A stretch of DNA of 38,869 nucleotides from Raillietiella orientalis (taxonomy: Eukaryota): the NCBI GenBank assembly GCA_036172245.1, contig JAYWIR010000001.1:12152001-12190869 (forward strand). The letters are read 5' to 3'. The position numbers and the translations under genes are program-made. Below, one piece after another: positions 1-8,608 of this stretch (its first letter is position 1; each line of letters opens with the position of its first letter). Below the pieces are notes generated by a model. The model was not told the DNA's origin. It was given only the letters and a program-made list of their open reading frames with translations, and searched no databases.

Positions 1-560
1 CACACAGTCTCAAGCAATAGATATATCCGTTCTCAAGCACGTACGTTTGACAAGCGCAAGTCAGCTGTGTGAGATGACGTCTGGTGCATTCGAGCGGTAC
101 TTCGCCGTACTTAAGAAGCATGTTCTGGTGATTCCCTACAGAGGAGATCATCAGCTCCCTGCGGACGATGTTCTCCAGAGAAATCAGAGGAGAATCAAGA
201 GCGGACGATGGAAGTCCCCATACGGCGTCGTCATCGAACCATTCGAATATCCCCCTATGAGGTGAAGCAAAGGTACTTGAGTAACTAGCGGACATGAAGA
301 AAAAAGAAAAGAAAAAGGAGAAAGAAAATGGAAACAAAGCAGCAAATAGGGGCAAGTTCCGAAGCACTCTCTACTTGTGTCCTGGGATGTTTTCAATCAG
401 TCTGATCGTGCTCCAATTGCAACAGCGATCTAGCAAGATCATGGTTTACAGCCAGAAAGAGCCATATAGAATCTGCTTCACCCGCAGTTGAATTGTAGTT
501 GGCCAGAAGATAGGAAGGTTCATCAAAACCAATGACGTAGGGGGAAAGTTTGTGCTTCGT
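1..560 (+). pseudogene. Degenerate coding remnant of an unidentified family (3' part; longer copy at 23830-24594 minus)
   Basis: Peptides YFAVLKKHVLVIPYRGDH and KGERKWKQ resemble MLSVLRSRQLLVYSKGDH and REERKWKQ of ORF 3238..3858. The frame is broken by stops and frameshifts. Confidence 0.4.
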
Positions 561-829
561 CTTCTGCGCTGCTACCTCGTACGTTTCCTCACCTCTTTCC
601 TTCCTCTTTGTTGCCTTGCCGTTAATGTGAGACGACACCAGAATGGGCATCTAAAACACTTCGCTTCAAGGATGTACAATACAGAACAAATATTAAGCAT
701 CATCAATTTCTTCCTAGTAGCAGTCTGCAGCAGCGTTCCCCAGTCAGCACAGCAGCAACACAGCCGCTAATATTTTCCACAAGGCTGCTGGTGAAAATCG
801 CTGCGCCAAAAGTTTGTTGGCTGGATGAG

Positions 830-2250
830 AGATAGTGCTTGCGTTCTACCAAGAAACCGTTGCGATTTCCAAGCAGAGGTGGTGTCGCCTCCAGCGTCGC
901 TCTCGTGTTCTCTGAGGTAGGTGAAGCCAGTCTCCTCGACCTGTTGAGACCACGTTCCGAGACTCACCACCGCACGGAATTCGGACTTCAAGACCACCAA
1001 TTCGCTCTCCAGCTTGTTGCACTGGGGGACTTCTACCACGATTGTAGTAATGTTCTCCTGGACACCGCAGATGCAGCGCTGGAGTTGCTCATGTTTCTCA
1101 CTCTTCGTTCCAATTCAAACTTCATCACGTAGCTGAGCCAGATCCTCGACGATCTGCAAGGTTTCCTGCCTCTCCGGTGTGGGTTCCACCACTTTCATTT
1201 TGGGGTCCTCGGCGGTTTCCACCTTTATCCGGAGGATTGCTGCCCTTGCGGGTGCATCCTCCTTTTTCTCTTCTTCCGCCTGACTTCCTGGAAGCCGTCT
1301 TCCGGAATCGGTGCGGCTTCCTTCACACTCTCCGTCTTCTCCGCCAGCTTCTTCGGCTTTTCAGCCTCCTTGCGTGTTATCTCTGCAAGCGAGAGAGCTC
1401 AGATATTCCGCACCAGAACGCGTATGTTTTACAAGTCCACTTGGGGCGGCGAGAGTGCTTGCTAAAGAATATGATTTCGCCTGAGGGTACTCTCGGACCA
1501 GGTGTCCCTGTTTGCGGCATCGGTGGCTACATACTATGGAACGCATCGCCACACGATGCCTGAACATCTTACATTCGGTGCAGAAGGCTCCGTACAGGCG
1601 ATTGGCTCTACCGAACGAGAACTTCCTGCGACTGAACATCAATGACGGGAACTCAGGGAAGTTGGGCACCTTCCGCTAGAGTCATTTTGGCGACGCCCTT
1701 GCCGGAGAAAACTTTGCCTAGATTCTTGCGAAATTCTACTTGTTAAATTTCGCCGAACTTGGCAAGATATCTCCATACATCTTGTTGAGCTCAGCCGGAT
1801 ATTCCCGCGACGAGCGCAGTAGTGATAGATACCTGGCAACATTCTGCTCTTAATGTTGATGACCCTCTCGATCAGGGCATCCGCGAGGATTTCGTGTGGA
1901 TGCTGAAACCACTGGCACAGGGGATGATCTCCTTAGCTCTGTCTAAGTTTACGTTCGCCTCATATAAGGCGAAGAAAACGAAGAGGATGTTGTGGAGTCG
2001 GAGCAGTCCCGTCTTAAACCTGATTATTCGTACGTCTACTTTTGATGGAGCCATCAGATTGGGCACTTCGAGGAGTACCATTGACTCCGCCTTGCAGTAT
2101 ATCTTAAGTGGCTGGATGTTCCTATTTAGAGCTGCCACCGCCGCGAGCGAAAATGCCTGCGCCACTGAAGCCAAGAAAGATGCTGGAGCGGCCGTTACCT
2201 TCCACGCCACGTGGAGGTTGGTAGGCTGCGACCTAAGCACCGCAGCCTAC
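830..2250 (-). mobile_element. Degenerate Tx1/L1-type non-LTR retrotransposon ORF1 (gag-like: RRM-like region, two CCHC knuckles, charged tail)
   Basis: Across frameshifts it reads ..DVWRYLAKFGEI*QVEFRKNLGKVFSGKGVAKMTLAEGAQLP..FCTECKMFRHRVAMRSIVCSHRCRKQGHLVREYP. This contains two decayed C-x2-C-x4-H-x4-C knuckles in the arrangement typical of Tx1 ORF1/ZCCHC3-like proteins. Outer boundaries are approximate. Confidence 0.75.
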
Positions 2251-2789
2251 AACACGTGCGGAGAAGCTGTAATCTCACCCGCCGTTATCTTCATCTGTTG
2301 ATGTGACGCCGGCAGGGGCTTCAGCTCTTCCCGCATCCCTCCGGCGTACAAAGAGTTCTCCGCTGCTAGGGCATTACGGGTCCTCCACCGTGGTGCTGCT
2401 AAACTCAATGCACTAGATGAAGGTTGATGGAGTCACTTTGTTGATCACTGTCACCTATCTGTTTATCGCTGAGTTTTTGACCACTCGACGAACACAATAA
2501 TTGAATCGAAAGCGGTAGTGGAAGCTCTTCAGGCGGTATATTCGGGAAAGTTTCCTCCTGCCATTAATGGCTCCTCACAGGACTTCGTCGGCTGGCATAC
2601 TGCTCATGCGCAAAGTAAATCCGCAATTCTGCGTAAAATGCCTGCATGCTTCCATTAGGCCATCTCTTAGTCAGTGATCCCTTTATAATCGCACATTGCA
2701 GAAACTTATACTGTGAGTAGAAGCACAGTATTTCGATGGCAAATGCAACAGTAAGTCCGCCAATGCAGCGAACAAAACATACGCTGCAA

Positions 2790-3960
2790 ACACTTCAGGA
2801 TGGCGGCATTGAAGAACAGCTCAGCAATGCGGATGCGATGGAAGCGGAAGCCTGTGCACAGCACCACTGCTTGCGTGCACCAGCACGCGTGAGCGCTGAA
2901 TCCTCCGATGCAGTCTTCATTCCCTGCCACCTCCCATTGCGCTATCCGAAGCGATTCTTCTTTCGGGAACGCAGTCGAGACGGTATGCGGGAACGCATTG
3001 CTGCAACGCTATCTTCGAGTAGTGGGGCGAGCATGCTCATCCCATGGATCAACATGGAATTGGTGCGAAGAAGGAGATGGCGATCTCTTAATTTTCTCGT
3101 TGGTGCTTCCAATCCTTCGGCACATGCCAACGCATATCGCGTGATGGTTGAGCCAGAGAGCAGCTGGAGAGCTCATACGGTTTCGAAGCACTTCACCAGC
3201 TTCGTGTGAGTAAGCTTTTTCACACTCTCCAGCATGAGTGAGCCTTCAGAGGAGGCAGAACATAAAGCAAAAGACAAGAAGAGGTAACAGTGGCCATTGG
3301 GAAGAGCGAACCAATAATCGATTTCGAATCCACTGCCTTAGCTATTTCTCCTGGATGGAACAAAAAAAGTGTACTTGTCTCTCGTGTTGCCCAAATGGCA
3401 GGGACGGTGTAGAATTCGACAGAACAACGGCTGTATCAAGTTTGTATTTCCGAGGCGCTGAAAAGTCCCTGCGTTTCCACACATTCAGCCGAAACGGAAT
3501 TCCCGCGATGCCATTGAGCGAACTCGCAAGCAGCGGAAAGAGAGTGCATGTCGTCGGTCTTGCAAGGTGGCTATTTCTACCATCAGGAAAGAAGAATTTG
3601 CGTAAAGTGCTAATGGTGTATATGCTCAGTGTGCTGAGGAGTAGGCAACTTCTTGTCTACTCGAAGGGCGACCATACGTGTGGAGAAACGTGCCAGCATT
3701 GCCTGAACTCACAACTGGAAATGAAAATGGAAGAAGGAAGGGAAGAGAGGAAATGGAAACAGCGGGAAAAGCGGATAGACATCCGCAGGGTTGCGTGGTC
3801 ACCTTACTCTATCCATTGGTTTCCAGAATGGCCTGTGGCGTTCGGAAAGCGACTATGAAGCAAGGGCAGAGCGAGTTCAAGACTCCAAGTGCAGAAGCAG
3901 AAGAGCCATGTGATAACCATTCACAGAGTGACAAACATATCGGAAAGATACAAATGTAGG
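2790..3960 (+). pseudogene. Degenerate, possibly spliced gene of unknown family (includes ORF 3238..3858)
   Basis: GTGAGT/GTAAGT donor-like and TTCAG acceptor-like sites at 2713-2798 and near 3206. The 206-aa ORF has by-eye similarity to the 23830-24594 remnant. The inverted copy (15891-16484) is frameshifted. Confidence 0.35.
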
Positions 3961-3965
3961 AAATG

Positions 3966-4820
3966 AGCGCCCTTTGACGCGACAACAACAAGAACCGTCT
4001 CCGAAGAACTAGAACTTCGATCGAACTCTTCCCCTTTCAGCCAGAAGAGTTGAAAGTGCCCCCCGCTCGCCACTCCACCTCCCCTGTTTATGGATGGAAG
4101 GGCTTTTCCCCTCCTGTGGCAGCGATCGGCGCTACTGGTACAGTACTGGGGTCTTCCGTGCAATGCGCGGCAGCAACACTGGACGAGGGAAAGCGCATCG
4201 CCGAACTGTACCAGGTGTCGAGAGGAGGACACATTCCCCCACCTCGTAGTGCGGTGTGTCGTCCTCCAGGAAGTGTGGGCACGTTTCTCCGCGCCCCTTC
4301 TGCACCCCGAGGACGATTCCAGAGACTCTTTGAGGCCCCTTTTCGTGCGATACGCCGTGACGCCCGCAATCGCGGCGCTGTGCCGCGAGCGCAGTGTCGC
4401 TTAGGCAAAGTGCGACACCAGGAGAGGCCGTAGCGATTGGGGGGCTGCCTTGCACGACACGCCAGCAGCTTCCTGCAGATAGTCTTGAGGTGGCCCCACC
4501 TTCAAAGAAAGAAGTAGGAGCTCGCCGGCAACCTTCTACGGATGCACAGCCCTTAACCATCATGAAAAGTGATCCCTTCCCTTCCCCGGAATTATTCTTT
4601 TTGTTTGAGCGATTTGTGTTGCTGTTGTTTTGTTCATTTTCGCTGTTTCTGGTTGGTTTCCCTTTTGTTGGAATTTTGACTCATCCTTCTTCCCCTTCGT
4701 GTACGTGATGGATCTCGCCGGCTCCTTTTCTTTTTTTCGTAATGGGATAATGGGAATCAGTGAGCCTTTCGGCTCCTTCGATTCCTGCAAGAGGAACAAA
4801 CGATCCGGCGCATCCGGGTG
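3966..4820 (+). mobile_element. 5'-truncated Tx1/L1-type element (family 2): ORF2 zinc-binding C-terminus, 3' UTR and terminal stem-loop
   Basis: ORF 4090..4404 WGLPCNARQQHWTRESASPNCTRCREEDTFPHLVVRC matches the C-x2-C..H..C (zf-RVT-like) end of L1-clade ORF2. It is followed by a T-rich UTR and AACAAACGATCCGGCGCATCCGGGTG. Confidence 0.8.
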
Positions 4821-5660
4821 CCCTTTTTGAGTGCGGCTTCGCTAAAGAAGCGCAGCAGCAGGTTGATAGCAGTGTGTTGGCGGTGACGGAGAGCCGTGGC
4901 GAGTCTCCGGCACAACTCATGCAGCTCACTGCAATCGAAAAGTAGGAGCGGAAGCGATTCCATCACCCTGCACCCGAACCGGCTTGGGGACGCCGCTCCC
5001 CCAGAATCCAGGTGTCTTCTCTGATTGCACTGGAATCCCCAGTGCGAAAACCGCAGAACTTCCTGTATCCAACGAAGCGGGTGCACGAAGGTGTCCATCC
5101 AAAGGGAAGAGAGCACAAGCTCTTCGGGGGCCACTCCGAGAAGCTCTCTCCACCGAAGCAGTCCATTTGACCGGAATCCAGGAGTGGAGGCGTTCACCAG
5201 CTCGCTCGTTTTCAGCCATTGAAGAGTTGTTCGACTATTGCAAGGTTGAGAAGAACACTCACCCAGTCGGTTGGCCACTGTCGTTGTTGGACCTGAGGGC
5301 AGACGGCGCTGCAGCCGGGCGTGAGACGGCTAACCGGGACCACTGCGACCAGTGCTGCAGCGTATTTCCCAGCGGTTTGCGGAGCAGTTGCTCTTCCAAG
5401 GTAGCGATTCAGAGCTCCAAAGGTTTCTGCTGACAGCCATTCCAAACGATGGGACGGAAAGGAGGTGTACGCATGGGCTAGCAGCAAGGAGAAGCAGGCG
5501 TACATGCGTGCGAAACCGATGCCCTCACACGCGCTCTCCCATCTTCCTCTTCCTCTCTCAAACCATGCTCCCTGCACGTCTTTCGTGGCCACCATTGCCG
5601 CTTGGTGGACCCGTGCAAACGTCGCGCTGTGGACCGACGCTCCTGTCGAAGCGAAATTTC
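4821..5660 (-). mobile_element. Tx1/L1-type ORF2 C-terminal fragment (family 3), truncated at both ends
   Basis: KTSELVNASTPGFRSNGLLRWRELLGVAPEEL..PLRWIQEVLRFSHWGFQCNQR..CRVMESLPLLLFDC aligns colinearly with TSRELADAATPRVPPNGIRRWGELLGISPEEM..PLKWQEVALLVMHWDLPCKAR..CGEKETFPHLLIEC of ORF 12811..13824. Confidence 0.8.
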
Positions 5661-6800
5661 CATTGATTGTATTGTATTCAGAAATCGTTCATGTTCAACC
5701 ATTCGAGATGTACATAGCATGCCGTGAATAGTAATGCGAATGCATGCACTATGCAAATGCGTGCACAAGCGCACGCGCATCTTTCCATACGAACCTGAAA
5801 ATGCACGGCATACAGCTTGAGCAGCTTGCGAGGATACGTGCATTCCTGCTCGGGATTCGAGTGCAAGTCAAACAGGTTGTTATGTCTCCATGTGTACATT
5901 GATGGTGGTTGACTCACATCAGGCGAACTGTACGGCACTCACTTTGCCACGTCCCTATTGGAACATCAGATTGGAGATTCACTGAAATTGCAACCTTCTC
6001 TCTATTGCGATGTCCACCGTCATTCGTGAGCGCCGATGCTCACGCTCACGCACACATGGGCGTACTTCCTGGGGATTGCGAACAACGCATATATACATAT
6101 ATGCATGCATGCATGCATGGATTGTGTCTGTTGTTCCGTTTCCATATCCAGATCAGTGCACCCCCAAGTTCCCATTCCGTTCTGAAAACGTGTGCATGCT
6201 GATGTTCAATACATAGGTGAGTGTGTATATCCGTATCGATGTTTGCTTCCGTCCATCTTCCCATTGGTGTTGTTTACACGTGTCGATTGCGAGTAGCGGA
6301 TGGACAGGAATATGGGAGGGTATACGCACAAGCATGAGTACGTACGCACACAAAGCTTTTCAACATTCTATGCTGCAAACACGAAACGATCCTGGATATT
6401 CTTCGTTCCTGGATAGTGGAGCAGTCCCGCGAACACGTTTCCGTGGATGGTGATAAGCTGGAGTTGCATTCGCATGGCTGGCATTCTGGGTACATGGACA
6501 GCCACGCACATTTGCCTATTTGCACAGCAGAACGTGGGTGCGGACAATTTTGGTGTGGACAGGTGGAATGTGTGCTGTGTGCACCTTGTCCGGTAGGTAT
6601 CTGAAGACGGAAAGTGATGGGAACTGCTGGGCATCGATGTTTGCAGTTTGCTGTTCGAATGCCTTTTTTGATGGGAGCATGTACAGGTTGCCCGCAGCCC
6701 CCGTCCCGTGCTGATAGCGTACGGAAAGGAGAAAGTACACGCTGATTCGAAAGTGTGCTGATCGGTGTATGTCAAATTGCTATAGGACATGCGTTCACGC
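5660..6800. other. Non-coding tract rich in alternating purine-pyrimidine words (ATGC/GCAC/TACA), including (ATGC)n at ~6101-6119
   Basis: Composition seen directly. No credible ORF. The inverted copy lies at ~19410-20545. Confidence 0.5.
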
Positions 6801-7732
6801 GGCTGTACGGAACGGATGGCTGTTTTGCAATGTTAGGAAATAGACGGTGGGTGCGAGGCGACAGGTGCGAAGAGAGCAGTCCCATGTGGCGGCCACCTGC
6901 CAAGGTGTTGTGCCTGCACGGAACAGTGGCGCTTGGCGGCATGGGCGCCGTCGGAGCGTGGCGCGCGCGCTTCCGCGTTTGCCAGGCGCCGCGCGTGCTG
7001 CCTCGGGCAGCGGCCGGCCGGTTCTCGTCCGCTGCGCCGGCCGGCCCTTCCGCTCTTTCGCTCTCCGTCTCGGATGGAAGGTTCTCGTTGCCTAGGACGA
7101 CCGGCATCATTGTTTCGTCGTCGAACGTTCCAACAAAGGATGAAAATTTTCTTTTCCCATTCGAGAGATAGCTTTTTGTGTGTCCGGATCGGGCATCTGT
7201 GCGTTCTCTCTCTGTGTCTCTCTGTGCAAGATTGTGTTGTGACTTGTTGCTGGTGCGCGTGTGTGGCAGCTGTCAATTCGTCGAAGGAAGTGAGCAGTGC
7301 GACGCCGGAGGGTGAGAAGGTAGTGTGGGCGCTGGCGCGGTGGTTAAGCGGCGCCGGATGCGAGGCGCGGGGGTCGGCGAGCGAGCGGGACGGGGCGCGC
7401 GCCAGCGGCGGCTGCGGCTGCCGCCGGCGGGTGGTGACGTAACGCCGTCCGCCGCCGCCGCCGCCGCCTGCGCCGTCCTGCCTGCTTCGCACGCTGCTTG
7501 GTGGTGGTCGAGCGTGCAGACTGGTGCGGCTGCTTCGCTCGCGGCCGAGCGGATGGGGAAGCCAGCGCGCTAGCGTCCATTCAGCGATACGATAGCGAGC
7601 GCGCACGAACCAGATCGGAGCCACGCTTTCAGCGGGCAACGGAGCGGACGGGCACGGGCGCCCACTCCATCGTCCTGCCCTCCGCACGTCGTTTTCAGCT
7701 CTGCCCGATGGCCACGAGTCTGTTTTTTTCAG

Positions 7733-8608
7733 ATGCAGGCGGAGTGGAGTTGGGGCGGCGTGTACCGGCGCGCCATGGACGGCGTCGTGCGGGGTGCCTG
7801 GCGCAGTCAACAGCTCCAGGTGGCCGCGTTGCACGCACGCGGACAGTGTGCTGTCCTGCGTGATGCGGGCTGCATTTGGCAGCAGCATGCGGCACGGCGA
7901 GCTCGGCGCTCGTCCTTGCACCTCGGCCGCTTGCCCACGTACGTGGCGAAGCACGAGGACGCTCGGACCAGCAAGACCGCAAGCCGCGAAGAGGGGAGAG
8001 GGTGGTGTGCGGAGGACGCCACGGAAGATTCGTCTTCCGTGGCCGAAATTAATCTCTTTCCTTTCGTTTCAGGGACGCAGGAATCGTCGACGTGCGTGGA
8101 GGCGGCACTTCTCCAGGCGGCGTTTGGTGCCCGACCCAGTCTGCTGTCTACGGAGGCCCGTAGCGACGCGCTGTTCGTGACGGTGCGCGCGTCGCAGGGG
8201 CTGTTTTCAGCGGGCAGCAGCGGGCAGGTGCAGGCAGCAGGAGTGCCGACGAAGGTGTCGTCGTCGTCGTCGTCGTATGTCTTCGGTGCGGGCTGCGCTC
8301 CGACCGCGCCCCGTGGCGTCGGCGAGCGGAGGCGCCGTACTCGGGCTCGGCTTGGGGCGCGGAAGAGGGGTGGGCGCGCGCACCGCAGGCGCGATCGCCG
8401 GCTCGTCAGCCGGAAGGTGGGAGCGTGGGCGCGCTGCGACGGGCGATGGTGCGCGGCGCAGCTTTCCGAGCGGGTGGAACGGCTGGTTCGCTCCAAGCGT
8501 TCCCTCGCCCGGAAGCTGCTCGCGCACCAGAAGGAGCTGTGCCGCCTGCGGCAACTCCAGGCTGCTGCCGTCTGCGGCTCGCGAGCCTTCCGTCTGGCGC
8601 GGGATTGA
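7733..8608 (+). CDS. Hypothetical GC-rich protein (291 aa ORF, Arg-rich with a possible C-terminal coiled coil); may be spliced
   Basis: The ATG is directly preceded by TTTTTTTCAG (7723-7732), a nematode-type cis/trans-splice acceptor. A second polypyrimidine TTTCAG occurs at ~8067-8072. The C-terminus LSERVERLVRSKRSLARKLLAHQKELCRLRQL is amphipathic. High GC makes chance ORFs likely, and no homology was recognised. Confidence 0.35.
   Translation: MQAEWSWGGVYRRAMDGVVRGAWRSQQLQVAALHARGQCAVLRDAGCIWQQHAARRARRSSLHLGRLPTYVAKHEDARTSKTASREEGRGWCAEDATEDSSSVAEINLFPFVSGTQESSTCVEAALLQAAFGARPSLLSTEARSDALFVTVRASQGLFSAGSSGQVQAAGVPTKVSSSSSSYVFGAGCAPTAPRGVGERRRRTRARLGARKRGGRAHRRRDRRLVSRKVGAWARCDGRWCAAQLSERVERLVRSKRSLARKLLAHQKELCRLRQLQAAAVCGSRAFRLARD

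Larger units (their letters stand above)
1..7699 (+). repeat. Segmental duplication block A (probably extends left of the window); matches three inverted pieces downstream
   Basis: Reverse-complement matches: 1-3107 to 24390-21284, 3109-5636 to 16612-14075, and 4920-7699 to 21282-18512. The ORF track shows mirrored, near-identical ORFs (e.g. 47..265+ vs 24125..24343-). Confidence 0.97.
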
